From contig CAWJQU010000016.1 of the NCBI GenBank assembly GCA_963845145.1, positions 32,001 to 96,000 of the forward strand: a stretch of DNA of 64,000 nucleotides, given 5' to 3'. Below the pieces are notes generated by a model. That model was not told the origin of the DNA. It did no database searches and worked only from the letters and a program-made list of their open reading frames with translations. Of this stretch, positions 1-10,034 are shown piece by piece (position 1 is the stretch's first letter; each line of letters begins with the position of its first letter). The position numbers and the translations under genes were made by a program. The stretch is from an uncultured delta proteobacterium. GTDB taxonomy: Bacteria; Desulfobacterota; Desulfobacteria; Desulfobacterales; QNYZ01.

Positions 1-145
1 AACCTTCTTCGGGATCAACCGGTATCAAAGATTCTCGGTCGAGGGAATAGGTGATTTTACTAGCCACAATACCGAGCATTTCCGTATCACCCATGGAGCC
101 GGAAAGAAAGTCGGCCGGGAACCTTGTCGAATTGATAAACTTCAT
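1..145 (-). CDS. DUF2169-like T6SS adaptor protein, N-terminal part (runs off window start)
   Basis: Manual translation from the ATG at 145 gives MKFINSTRFPADFLSGSMGDTEMLGIVASKITYSLD, which resembles DUF2169 N-termini. It lies downstream of vgrG. Confidence 0.6.
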   Translation of the reverse strand, partial: MKFINSTRFPADFLSGSMGDTEMLGIVASKITYSLDRESLIPVDPEEG

Positions 146-155
146 CAGATAGTCA

Positions 156-491
156 CTAATCCTCACTAAAGTCAGGGTGGCCTACACAAGGAATTTCCTG
201 TAACCTTTTATGGTTTTTAAAAACGGCAAGCTCCATGAATTTCTGTGAGCGATTATTAAAATCTTCATCATCATCAATATCTTTATTGTGATCGGTCTCA
301 ATTAATTGTCGTAACTTAGAATTATAAAATTCATGTTTGAAGTTCTCCATAACAGCATCTTCGCGTGAAGCCCAGTCTTCCATATCAGGAGAATTTCCGG
401 CAACTATCAGGTTTAAGAATTCTTCACGTAAGAGCCCCAGCTTGTTTTCTAAAAAAAGAACTGCAGCAACGTCTCGTATGGATTTCAGCAT
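156..491 (-). CDS. hypothetical protein (111 aa), visibly AT-rich, in the vgrG-distal module
   Basis: ORF co-oriented with and packed against T6SS genes; no recognised motif. Confidence 0.6.
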   Translation of the reverse strand: MLKSIRDVAAVLFLENKLGLLREEFLNLIVAGNSPDMEDWASREDAVMENFKHEFYNSKLRQLIETDHNKDIDDDEDFNNRSQKFMELAVFKNHKRLQEIPCVGHPDFSED

Positions 492-612
492 TTTAATAAC
501 CTTGATGCTGATAATTTGTAGTTAGATGATCGTTTCATAAAAGGCCTGCGTGGAACTTTATTTTCTATCTAATTGAGTTAGTGGTATAATTTTACATATT
601 TCAGGAAAATTT

Positions 613-1041
613 TCAGCAATTTAAACGAATCCGTTCGCCATCCAGTTTAACATCGTCATTTGCTTTGATATCAATGTCTCCAAGATCGGCAGTAATCATT
701 TGGCCCCGAGCCTTGCTGTACAGGTCACCCTCTGCCTCAATATGAATGTTTCCATCTGTTGTCAGAGCCATATCTTTTCGGCTGTGAATAGATACTCTTT
801 CAGCATCAATAGCTAAATTCCCCTCAGCCTGGATCGTTAGAGTCCCTCCACCGATTTTCAACACCGGCCCAGCTGTAGTGATTTGAATCGATAGACTCAA
901 ATTACCATCTGAACCAACGATATTTAAGACATTGCTGAGCTGATGGTTCTCAATTACGAGTTTTTGTTTTGCAACAAGAGCCACCGTTTTTGTATTTGTC
1001 GCTTTTGTAAGTGCTTGGCTCTTTTTCATAAAGTATTCCAA
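613..1041 (-). CDS. VgrG-associated small protein with beta-strand repeats (Gp5-C-like / spike accessory)
   Basis: Starts 3 nt after the vgrG stop. The C-terminal half has repeated short beta motifs (LTIQAEGNLAIDA, IHIEAEGDL, IDIKANDDVKLDGERIRLN). Confidence 0.6.
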   Translation of the reverse strand: MEYFMKKSQALTKATNTKTVALVAKQKLVIENHQLSNVLNIVGSDGNLSLSIQITTAGPVLKIGGGTLTIQAEGNLAIDAERVSIHSRKDMALTTDGNIHIEAEGDLYSKARGQMITADLGDIDIKANDDVKLDGERIRLNC

Positions 1042-1044
1042 TCT

Positions 1045-3012
1045 TTAAGCATTATGTTTTATTAGAGAAGCTGTTTCGGTAATGATTCCACCCGTACTGA
1101 TATTAACGCCACTGCCATCGGCTTTTGTTATGGAACCACCGCCGGAAAGGATGGACGTAGGCGCTTCGATTTTAGCCTCGGCAGGACTGCTCATAAAGGC
1201 ATTGGCATCCAAGGTAATGCTGGAACCTCCCCCCGCACTGATGGTTATCTTGGCGGGTTCAATGGTTACCGAGCTTCCCCCACAAGTCAGCTTGATCTTG
1301 GCCGGGGCCTGCATGTTAATTTCACTTGTGGTATCGAGCTGGTAATTACCGGTCACATTTACCGTTCGGTTGCCAGCCTCTACCGTCAGGCTGGTATCCC
1401 CTTTGACTGTAACAGATCGGGTTCCCGCCTGAACTCCGATGGTATCGTTTCCTCCAACGATAGTTGTTGTGCGATCGTTTTCGATGGTTGATCCCATATC
1501 CTTCTGCGCATGGATGGTTACACCCTCTTTTCCTTTGGTATCATTTAACGAGAATTCATTGTACCCACCGCTGCCGGGAGTGCTGTTGGATTTCATACCA
1601 CTGACAACTTTTTGGCCGGGAAGCCCGAAAGGCGGCATTAGTTCGGCGTTGTAAACGCGGCCGGTGATGAGGGGTCGGTCAGGATCGCCTTCCATGAAGC
1701 TGACTATCACCTCTTCGCCGATACGGGGAATATCGATTCCGCCAAACCCTTTTCCGGCATGAACCTGGGATACTCGGATCCAGCAGGAGGTGTTTTCATC
1801 GTACTTTCCTTCCCGGTCCCAGTGGAACTGCACCTTGACCTGTCCGTTTTTATCCGTAAAGATCTCTTCTCCGGGAGGGCCGGTAACCACAGCGGTCTGG
1901 GTGCCTTGGATTATCGGTTTGGGTGTTGTGCGCGCCGGTCGGAATTGGACGGAGCTGGGTATAGTGGTAAAGGCACATGAACAGATCTCACCCTGCCCGC
2001 CGGAGGTTTCATAATCTTCGGCCGCAGCTTGATAATCGGTGGACAAAATCAAATACTCACGGTTCTGGTCTCTACGTGTATGCTGGGCCATGGTAAAGAG
2101 ATAACCCGCGCAAATGCCCCGGGAATCCGCCTGACCGCTGCAGACCTCATGGGATTGGGCCAACTCTTCCATGCGGATTTTGGCATATTTGTCGCCATCG
2201 GCTTTTTCCGAATATTCGCCCGGATAGTCATAAATTTCATATTCAGCCTCGGCATGCTCCTTTATATCCTCTTCCGTGCTCATCAAAGAGGTACTCGGTT
2301 TTTCAAAATTGTAATCGGTATGGGCGACTTTCCCAGGCTGGACGCATTTTTCGACCGTCCATGTACTGATTCGTTCCTGGATCGACGAGCTGCGGGTATC
2401 GGGCGTAAAGTCAATCTCATCGTAATCCCCGAAAGGATCATGCTTGCTGCGCGAATCGCAAAGCACAATGGTGCATTTACCCTGCTCGTGCAGAAAATAA
2501 TAATAGATGCCCTCTTGTTCCATCAGTCGGCTGACGAAGTTGAAATCCGTTTCCCGATATTGGACACAATAATTCCATGTTTGGTATCCGCCGGAAAGCC
2601 GATCCTCGATGTCGCTGAAACCCAAATCATTAAAGACTTGTTTGATAATATCCGGGACCGTCTTTTCCTGGAAGATGCGGCAGTCTGACGTGCGGGTTAA
2701 AAACCATAACCAGGGCACCATCGTTGCGCGGTATTGGGCAAACTGGGTACTGGTCGACACACCTTGCACAAAACGGTTGATATACCCATTCCAGTAGCGC
2801 TTGCCTCCTTCGGGTAATTCCATGCTAATCGTTACATTCTGTCCGATGATATCGTCGAAGTTGATTTCGTAGTCTTCGCTTAACAGGTTGAGATCAAACT
2901 CAAATAAGCGACTGATCTCTTCATGCGCAGAGAAACTCTGTAGCAACAGCACATCTTCGCCCAAAGATGTTTCTATAGCGATATGTCGGGTTGCCTGGGT
3001 TGGTTGAGGCAT
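1045..3012 (-). CDS. vgrG: type VI secretion spike protein VgrG (TssI), no fused effector domain
   Basis: Motifs YCVQYRETDFNFVSRLMEQEGIYYYF, YDYPGEY, VKVQFHWDREG, WIRVSQ, IPRIGEEVIVSF.EGDPDRP. Confidence 0.97.
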   Translation of the reverse strand: MPQPTQATRHIAIETSLGEDVLLLQSFSAHEEISRLFEFDLNLLSEDYEINFDDIIGQNVTISMELPEGGKRYWNGYINRFVQGVSTSTQFAQYRATMVPWLWFLTRTSDCRIFQEKTVPDIIKQVFNDLGFSDIEDRLSGGYQTWNYCVQYRETDFNFVSRLMEQEGIYYYFLHEQGKCTIVLCDSRSKHDPFGDYDEIDFTPDTRSSSIQERISTWTVEKCVQPGKVAHTDYNFEKPSTSLMSTEEDIKEHAEAEYEIYDYPGEYSEKADGDKYAKIRMEELAQSHEVCSGQADSRGICAGYLFTMAQHTRRDQNREYLILSTDYQAAAEDYETSGGQGEICSCAFTTIPSSVQFRPARTTPKPIIQGTQTAVVTGPPGEEIFTDKNGQVKVQFHWDREGKYDENTSCWIRVSQVHAGKGFGGIDIPRIGEEVIVSFMEGDPDRPLITGRVYNAELMPPFGLPGQKVVSGMKSNSTPGSGGYNEFSLNDTKGKEGVTIHAQKDMGSTIENDRTTTIVGGNDTIGVQAGTRSVTVKGDTSLTVEAGNRTVNVTGNYQLDTTSEINMQAPAKIKLTCGGSSVTIEPAKITISAGGGSSITLDANAFMSSPAEAKIEAPTSILSGGGSITKADGSGVNISTGGIITETASLIKHNA

Positions 3013-3076
3013 GATGCACTCCTCTTGCTACAGGTTAGTCTACAAAAAAACCGCTTTAAATGCAACGAAAGGGCTT

Positions 3077-3115
3077 CCAGAGTATCCCACTTTTTCACGT
3101 TAGCGGATACTCTGG
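3077..3115. other. stem-loop: 11-bp perfect inverted repeat between hcp and vgrG
   Basis: ccagagtatcc (3077-3087) and ggatactctgg (3105-3115), 17-nt loop. Confidence 0.7.
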
Positions 3116-3236
3116 TCTCAGGTACCATTATCTGCGAGAGAGCCTTGATACTGGTCACGGAATAATAGTTGTCGATTCGTAAGTTGAAGGGTCTGTATGA
3201 AAACCCTGGCAGACACCAAAAACCTCGGGCCTCCGA

Positions 3237-3716
3237 TTACTCGCCCGATTCCACTTTCCAGGTATACTCAACGTTTCCTTTCTTCTTACCTGTGTTGTCG
3301 TTTTCGGTGTAGGTCACTTTGATTTCTTCAAAGTTCAACGACATTTGTTCGGTCGGCACATCTTCCGCCTGCCCGCTACCACCAACGTTATAGCTCGTGA
3401 CTAAAACGTTTTTCAGTTCATAGGCATAGTAAGTCACCCGTCCGGCATCGGTGGTTGAGGCCGTCAGGTGAATCTCTACCTTTGGAAAAACTTTTCCTTT
3501 GCACATGGACTCGGCAATCTTCGGGCTTGCCTTGTCCAACTCCTTTACTATCGTGACATCTTCCATTACGACGTCACCCCGACGACGGGTCGGCCCGGTG
3601 GCGGCGCCTCCCGGCTGCATAATCCCCTGGCTAAATGAAAGGATATCACTCCAGCCTTTGTGATCCTTATCCTGGGCCTCACCCTCCACGCCATCATACT
3701 TGATGTAAGCCGCCAT
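3237..3716 (-). CDS. hcp: type VI secretion tube protein Hcp (TssD)
   Basis: 159 aa; GEAQDKDHKGW, KELDKASPK, YELKNVLVTSY, EQMSLNFEEIKVTY; ggagg RBS. Confidence 0.96.
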   Translation of the reverse strand: MAAYIKYDGVEGEAQDKDHKGWSDILSFSQGIMQPGGAATGPTRRRGDVVMEDVTIVKELDKASPKIAESMCKGKVFPKVEIHLTASTTDAGRVTYYAYELKNVLVTSYNVGGSGQAEDVPTEQMSLNFEEIKVTYTENDNTGKKKGNVEYTWKVESGE

Positions 3717-3873
3717 TGTTGCCTCCTTTTTTGATGTTAATGGTATCTTCCGAGGTCATCGTATGGAAGACACTGTTTAAAATCTCATTCAGATTGAAAA
3801 ACCTGAAGTCCCGAATGCTAATTTATTCACCTCCCTTCGACTTTCTTTCTGAGCCGTAAACCTGCCTCACAGA

Positions 3874-6639
3874 TCAGGAAAATGAATAGTCAAAACTGCC
3901 ATCCTTTACTCCGATGTGAATCCTGCTCAGTTCTTTTCCCTCCATCATTCGTGAGAGGATATCACTGCTGATTGCAGGCAGCAAGGTGTTGGTTAAAATA
4001 GCATCCACCACCCGTGCGCCACTTTCTAACTCCGTACAGCGATTATTGATTAACTCGACGACATCGTCGTCATAGGTAAATGGGATGCGGTGGTTTTCAA
4101 GAATCCGTTCTTCAATACGACCCAATTGCAGGCGCACGATTTTACGCAGGACCTCGTCGCCAAGGGGATAATACGGTACCACCACCAGGCGTCCCAAAAA
4201 GGCCGCGGGAAAGGCCTTAAGCAGGGGCTCCCTCAGTGCTTTGCCAATACCTTCGGGACCCGGCATGAGTTCGGGATCTTTACACATGTTCATGATCAGA
4301 TCGCTCCCCACATTACTGGTAAGGAGAATAATCGTATTCTTAAAATCGATCATTCGGCCTTCACCATCTTCCATCTTCCCTTTGTCAAAGACCTGGAAGA
4401 AAATTTCGTGCACATCTTTGTGGGCCTTCTCTACCTCATCCAGCAAAACAATACTATACGGCCGTCTGCGGACCGCCTCAGTGAGCACCCCCCCTTCACC
4501 GTATCCGACATAGCCGGGAGGCGCCCCCTTGAGGGTTGAGACCGTGTGGGCCTCCTGGAATTCGCTCATGTTAATGGTGATAACATTTTGTTCGCCACCG
4601 TAAAGGGCTTCCGCCAGGGCCAGGGCAGACTCCGTTTTACCGACACCACTCGGACCCACTAACATAAAGACACCGATTGGCCGTCCCGGGTTCTCCAATT
4701 TGGCCCGCGAGGTTCGCATGCGCATGGCAATTGCATCCAAGGCATGGCGTTGCCCGATGACCCGTTTCTCCAACGTATCGGCCAGGTTCATAACAGCTTC
4801 GATCTCGTTTTTAACCATCCGGCCAACCGGGACGCCTGTCCAGTCGGCGACGACGGAGGCTACGGCTTGGGCATCAACACTGGGCAAAATCAATGGTGTT
4901 TCGCCCTGGATCTCACCAAGCTTGGCCATAAAACCCTTGAGCTTTGTCACCATGGCCTCGCGGTCTTCTTCGGATAAGGTGACTTTGTCTCCGGCTTCTT
5001 GCTCCGATTCGTTGTCATCCGAGGCCGCCTGAATCTCTTTTTCTGCGGAATCATTGTCTTCCAATTTATCATCAATCGGTTCGCCTGTTGTGGCGCGAAG
5101 GCTACCTCGTAGCGTTAGGACCTGGTCGACGATTTCCTTTTCCTTTTGCCAGTCCGCTTCCAGCTGCTTTAATTCATCGGCCTCAGTTGACAACTGCGCT
5201 TCAATTTCGGCCCGACGTTCATGACGCGCCATGCCTATGGCTTCTTCTCTTTTTAGAATTTCTTTTTCTGTTTCGAGGGCGGAGATGCGTCGGCGGCAAG
5301 CTTCGACCGTTGCCGGGGTGGCATGTAGACTGACGGCCACACGCGCACATGCCGTGTCGAGCAGGCTAACCGCTTTATCAGGCAGGTGACGCGCGGGAAT
5401 ATAACGGTGGGAAAGTTGAACGGCCGCCACCAGGGCTTCGTCTAAAATTTGGACACGATGGTGTTTCTCACTGACTCCCGCCAGACCTCGCATCATGATG
5501 GTCGCCTTTTCTTCGGAAGGCTCATCGATTTTCACGACCTGGAACCGCCGCGTAAGGGCAGCGTCTTTTTCAAAATATTTTTTGTATTCTGCCCAGGTTG
5601 TTGCTGCAATCGTGCGCAGTGTTCCCCGTGCAAGGGCCGGTTTGAGCAGGTTGGCCGCATCCCCGGAGCCTGCCGCGCCTCCGGCACCGATCAAGGTATG
5701 GGCCTCGTCAATAAAGAGAATGATCGGTTTGGGTGACGCCTGGACCTCTTCGATGACCTGGCGAAGCCGGTTCTCGAATTCTCCCTTCATACTCGCGCCG
5801 GCCTGCAACAGGCCTAGATCAAGTGTGCGCAGGGTTACGTCTCGAAGGGGGGGCGGGATATCCCCTGAAACGATACGCTGGGCAAATCCTTCGACAACGG
5901 CGGTCTTACCGACGCCGGCCTCTCCCGTAAGAATCGGATTGTTCTGACGCCGGCGCATCAGAATATCAACAATCTGTCTGATCTCGTCATCGCGCCCCAG
6001 AATCGGGTCGAGGCCACCCTCTCGAGCGGTTTTTGTTAAATCCACAGAAAATTGGGCTAAGGCTTCCTGTTTTCCCAAGGCCGCCGGCGCCAGGGCGCTG
6101 CTGGCCTCGCCGGGAGCCACACCGCCTCCTACCTGGGACCCATCTTGGGCCGCCAATGTATCCTCAGGAGAGCTACCGACAATTGAGAGGAAATTATCCG
6201 AAAGGTCTTCGACCTTGATTTTCCTGAACTCTGACGAAATTCCGGGTAGTAAAGATCTCAGGCTGGGCGCTTTTAATAGCCCAATGATCATTTGGCCGGA
6301 ACGAACCTGTGATTGTCCAAAAAGCAATGTACAGAAAACCCACGCTCTTTCGACGGCTTCTTCCAAATGGGGCGAAAAGTCGGAGATTGAGGTTGCACCG
6401 CGTGGAAGATTGTCAAGCGACGAAGTCAAGTCCGACGCCAGGTGGGACATGTTCAGATCATAGTGTTTCACAATGTGATGCAGATCCGAATCCTGCAACT
6501 GGAGCACTTGATGTAACCAGTGCACCAGCTCTACGTAGGGATTACCTCGCATTTTGCAGAATACCGTGGCACTTTCTACCGATTTGTAGCAAAGACTGTT
6601 AAGTTTTCCGAACAATGCAGTGCGACTTATATCCGCCAT
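3874..6639 (-). CDS. tssH: T6SS AAA+ ATPase ClpV (TssH)
   Basis: ClpV N-terminus (ALFGKLN...RGNPYVELVHWL); two Walker A motifs (GEAGVGKT, GPSGVGKT); RRRQNNPIL. Confidence 0.97.
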   Translation of the reverse strand: MADISRTALFGKLNSLCYKSVESATVFCKMRGNPYVELVHWLHQVLQLQDSDLHHIVKHYDLNMSHLASDLTSSLDNLPRGATSISDFSPHLEEAVERAWVFCTLLFGQSQVRSGQMIIGLLKAPSLRSLLPGISSEFRKIKVEDLSDNFLSIVGSSPEDTLAAQDGSQVGGGVAPGEASSALAPAALGKQEALAQFSVDLTKTAREGGLDPILGRDDEIRQIVDILMRRRQNNPILTGEAGVGKTAVVEGFAQRIVSGDIPPPLRDVTLRTLDLGLLQAGASMKGEFENRLRQVIEEVQASPKPIILFIDEAHTLIGAGGAAGSGDAANLLKPALARGTLRTIAATTWAEYKKYFEKDAALTRRFQVVKIDEPSEEKATIMMRGLAGVSEKHHRVQILDEALVAAVQLSHRYIPARHLPDKAVSLLDTACARVAVSLHATPATVEACRRRISALETEKEILKREEAIGMARHERRAEIEAQLSTEADELKQLEADWQKEKEIVDQVLTLRGSLRATTGEPIDDKLEDNDSAEKEIQAASDDNESEQEAGDKVTLSEEDREAMVTKLKGFMAKLGEIQGETPLILPSVDAQAVASVVADWTGVPVGRMVKNEIEAVMNLADTLEKRVIGQRHALDAIAMRMRTSRAKLENPGRPIGVFMLVGPSGVGKTESALALAEALYGGEQNVITINMSEFQEAHTVSTLKGAPPGYVGYGEGGVLTEAVRRRPYSIVLLDEVEKAHKDVHEIFFQVFDKGKMEDGEGRMIDFKNTIILLTSNVGSDLIMNMCKDPELMPGPEGIGKALREPLLKAFPAAFLGRLVVVPYYPLGDEVLRKIVRLQLGRIEERILENHRIPFTYDDDVVELINNRCTELESGARVVDAILTNTLLPAISSDILSRMMEGKELSRIHIGVKDGSFDYSFS

Positions 6640-6677
6640 GGTGTTATCCTTTTTTCAGTTCAATGGATTATCATTTT

Positions 6678-7697
6678 CTACACTGCGTCAGCCACCAGAA
6701 TCAAGTCATCGGTGTCCTTTTCAAATGGTTGGCTTTGAAGCCACGTGGTCCAACCAAGACATCCCGTTTGACCGAGCCGCACCGCCGGTACCTCACCCGC
6801 CTTGAGGATCAGTTGCAGTTCCCAGCTCAGTTCGTCGCCCACATAATTTCGGACCCAAGCCTTCAGTCTTGTAAAGCTATCGCCCCCTGGTAGCATACGC
6901 TCATAGTTTTTTAATGTCATGGGGCCCATAATGATCCTGAATTTTTGCTGGCAGTCCCAAACCCGCGATCCAACAATGGCATTGACACCCATCGTCGCTG
7001 CATCTTCCGATCGACCCAATCGGCACCAGTACACTTCGGGTAATTTGATCCATTGGCCGATAAATTCTTTGATTGAGGCCTTAATGCCGAAGTACTTCTC
7101 TAAAATAGCACGCAGCCCTTCGGCATGGCGAGTCTGGCAGGCAAGATGCCCCGAAAAATGGAGTTTGGCGACATCGGGGACTTCATCACGATTACGCAAA
7201 GAATCTTCACCGATACCGAACAAACTTCCAATATACGCAGAAAACCGGTCTTGATCATGGCGATCGTAACTTACCGTTTGCCGATTGCAGGCCCAGGCCC
7301 GATAAAACAGGCTGATCATGCGGTGATTAAAAATGTCAAAAAATCGGGCCAGGGTATGGTCATCGTGATTCAATTCACGATTGTGAACATATTCGGTGAT
7401 ATGCAAGGGCATCGGACCGTGGGGGCCGAGAAGACCGAAGAAATTAACCATAAGACGTGGTTTTTTGGCCTGTTTGGGCTGTTCAAAACGCTGAAGTGTT
7501 GATGGCGCAAAGCCTAAGGACGGTTCCTGACAGAATTGAATGGGATCATCCGACGAACGGGTTGAATAACCCAGACGGGGGTTATTCTTAAACGCGCATT
7601 CCAGCCGTCGGGCAGCCTGGTAGAAGCTGGTCCCGGCAGGATTTTCAAGAAATCGTAGATCTAAAGAATGTGTCTGGTTCCCGATCTTGCCGGCCAT
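6678..7697 (-). CDS. tssG: T6SS baseplate subunit TssG
   Basis: FFGLLGPHGPMPLHITE, FFDIFNHRMISLFYRAW, LGWTTWL. Confidence 0.95.
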   Translation of the reverse strand: MAGKIGNQTHSLDLRFLENPAGTSFYQAARRLECAFKNNPRLGYSTRSSDDPIQFCQEPSLGFAPSTLQRFEQPKQAKKPRLMVNFFGLLGPHGPMPLHITEYVHNRELNHDDHTLARFFDIFNHRMISLFYRAWACNRQTVSYDRHDQDRFSAYIGSLFGIGEDSLRNRDEVPDVAKLHFSGHLACQTRHAEGLRAILEKYFGIKASIKEFIGQWIKLPEVYWCRLGRSEDAATMGVNAIVGSRVWDCQQKFRIIMGPMTLKNYERMLPGGDSFTRLKAWVRNYVGDELSWELQLILKAGEVPAVRLGQTGCLGWTTWLQSQPFEKDTDDLILVADAV

Positions 7698-9535
7698 CGC
7701 ATTATTTCTCCGCGTTCTTTTGATTTGATCACGGTTTCTGTAAAAGCGTTAATGGATACATATTTGGACAGAAAAACTTCCATGACGGCGCCCAGAAGAA
7801 AGGCACCACTCCCTTCAAAGGCCATTTCGTCAAATGTCAGAGAGATTTCAAGACCACGGACAAAAGCGACGTGGCTGCCATCGTAAATACGGCGTCTGAC
7901 TGGGCGGCTTTCGGCCGATAGTACGCCTTCAATTTGTCTTTTGGTCTGGAGATCATTGGCATCGCTATACAACTTAAGCAGGTCACGAATAGCGGTCGCG
8001 CCCTTTCCATTGGGGCTATCCATCAAAGAGAGGTAGTTAAGGCATAAGTGATTTATAATGCGCCAGTTGGTTTCCCCCTCGGCATGGGAAGGGCGGGGGG
8101 GGGTTGGCCCGGACACACAACGGATCGAAACGACTGGCGCACTGATATCCAAATTAAAATCCGTATCGCCTCTTCCGATGCCCATCTGGATCGGAAGATC
8201 ACGGTTGGTACATAGTGTTTCCACGGCAAGCTGGCGTAAATCAGACCGGTAGGGGGCTGCTTTACCATCGACCAGCGATATAAATACTTCACTGCCCCCA
8301 TAGCTGGAACGACGGCCTTGCTGTTTCTCCCGGTTCGACATTAGCCGCGAAATACGGTTGACTGTAAAGTAGGCCCCGAGACCATTTGTTTCCCCGAAAT
8401 CTGTTGCCGCATAGAAAGGGCTGAAAGGCTGTTCATCATCGGCCCGAACGCCAAAACCGGTTACCCTATTGACCTGGTAGACCTCATAGTCCGTTGGGCG
8501 CGTCCGGTTTGGAACAATATGAAATTCAGCAACTTTGTCGGACAGATGGATGCGATCGGCGCGTTTTGGAAACAGGTTGACTATCGGCGTGCAATGCAAG
8601 GCAAAATTGGCTGCATCTAATCGTCCATCAAGCTCGGGATTCTCGTTGTTAAGAAGAATAAAAATATCCAAAGTGTTGCTGTCACAGCGTTTAACGCTGT
8701 TGATAAGTCCGCTGAGACGAAAAAAAAGGAAACGTTGGGGAAAAGCAAAATATTCATGAAGCAATCGGTAGCCTGAAAAGGATCGGGCTCCTACGGGTAG
8801 AAGGGCCTCTTCATCACTAAACCCGACCGGTTCAATTTTCGAAGGCGGTAAGACGTTTTGCCAATGAAAAGGTTTCTCCGTTGGTTGGACAACGACGTTT
8901 TTACTTTGGGCGAAGATTTGCTCATAAATATGCATCGGAAAAGCTTCTGTGCCACGGATGAAAAAGGTAAGGGCGTCCAAATTTAGATTGGAAAATACTA
9001 AATCTGCACGTGTTTCCAGGCGAATTTGAATACATGCCCTGGCCGATGCCGCTGAAGCGGGGAGATTCAGGCTGCTGAGATCACGTGCACGATACTCTGC
9101 GTGAACAATCTTTAGCGGCCAGAGGGTAACTGAATGGCCTGGATGATATTCACAGGCAGTGCGGTCTCCCTTGCCGATGATTGAGCGCAATACGGTGTCT
9201 CGTTGAATTTTATATCCGTTTTCGAAACCGCTCTGTGCCATGTCCGGCGTGAATTCTACGACTGCCATAGAGGGTGTCGGCGATAGGTAGTGAGGGTAAA
9301 CGGTCTCCAGTATGGACTGTGTAAACTGGGGAAACTCCGCATCCAGTTTTAGCTGAACGCGTGCCGCAAGAAAGGCGAATCCCTCCAGCAGCCGTTCGAC
9401 ATACGGATCACCGCAGGCAAAATCGTCTAATGAGAGACGGCTTGCAATCTTTGGAAACTCTTTTGCAAACTCGCCGGCGGTGCCCCGCAAGTGTTGCAAT
9501 TCATGATTGTAGTACCGTAAAAGGCGCCTATCCAT
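7661..9535 (-). CDS. tssF: T6SS baseplate subunit TssF
   Basis: YYNHELQHLR, DPYVERLLEGFAFLAAR, YRLLHEYFAFPQRF, CTPIVNLF, CTNRDLP, YVSINAFT. Confidence 0.96.
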   Translation of the reverse strand: MDRRLLRYYNHELQHLRGTAGEFAKEFPKIASRLSLDDFACGDPYVERLLEGFAFLAARVQLKLDAEFPQFTQSILETVYPHYLSPTPSMAVVEFTPDMAQSGFENGYKIQRDTVLRSIIGKGDRTACEYHPGHSVTLWPLKIVHAEYRARDLSSLNLPASAASARACIQIRLETRADLVFSNLNLDALTFFIRGTEAFPMHIYEQIFAQSKNVVVQPTEKPFHWQNVLPPSKIEPVGFSDEEALLPVGARSFSGYRLLHEYFAFPQRFLFFRLSGLINSVKRCDSNTLDIFILLNNENPELDGRLDAANFALHCTPIVNLFPKRADRIHLSDKVAEFHIVPNRTRPTDYEVYQVNRVTGFGVRADDEQPFSPFYAATDFGETNGLGAYFTVNRISRLMSNREKQQGRRSSYGGSEVFISLVDGKAAPYRSDLRQLAVETLCTNRDLPIQMGIGRGDTDFNLDISAPVVSIRCVSGPTPPRPSHAEGETNWRIINHLCLNYLSLMDSPNGKGATAIRDLLKLYSDANDLQTKRQIEGVLSAESRPVRRRIYDGSHVAFVRGLEISLTFDEMAFEGSGAFLLGAVMEVFLSKYVSINAFTETVIKSKERGEIMRWPARSGTRHIL

Positions 9536-10034
9536 TGCTTCCCCGGTTTAGCTGACACCTGCCTGTTTCTAAATCCATTTCAGTTTTAATAAAAAGTGAC
9601 TCAGGGATGGGTTCACTCCAGAGATCCCCTTGAATTTCAAAACGGATTGAACGGTTATTCATTGCTTCCCGATCCTCAGTAATTTTAATCGATATCGTAT
9701 TGGGGATTATTCGTGGTTCGAAATAACGAAGGGCCTCTATCATTTGATAACGCAAACCATCCGTGTTTCGACTGGAGGCCGTCATTCCCGCCATATTCAC
9801 GACACCAAAATTTACGACCGATGACGGTACTTCCTCGAATTCGTCCAGACCGTCTTGATCGATATGGGCGCAAGTATTCAGTAGCCATGCCAGATCGCGA
9901 AGAACCGCCTGGCGGTAGCGCCGCATGCTCATCACGCGTTGATTCCGGCCCTCCTTCTTATTGTGGGGGTCGTCATCCGTCAGTCGATCTAAAAGACACG
10001 GCTGGAGCTTCTCTGATGGCATCAATTCAGCCAT
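9528..10034 (-). CDS. tssE: T6SS baseplate subunit TssE (gp25-like)
   Basis: LQPCLLDRLTDDDP, VLRDLAWLLNT, FEPRI. Confidence 0.95.
   Translation of the reverse strand: MAELMPSEKLQPCLLDRLTDDDPHNKKEGRNQRVMSMRRYRQAVLRDLAWLLNTCAHIDQDGLDEFEEVPSSVVNFGVVNMAGMTASSRNTDGLRYQMIEALRYFEPRIIPNTISIKITEDREAMNNRSIRFEIQGDLWSEPIPESLFIKTEMDLETGRCQLNRGSNG

Noticed and set aside
2029..2688. Long antisense ORFs inside vgrG and other large genes
   Set aside because: They lie opposite well-supported genes and lack motifs, as expected from codon bias.
4960..5095. Acidic insertion in the ClpV middle region
   Set aside because: Variable low-complexity linkers are common at this position in ClpV proteins.
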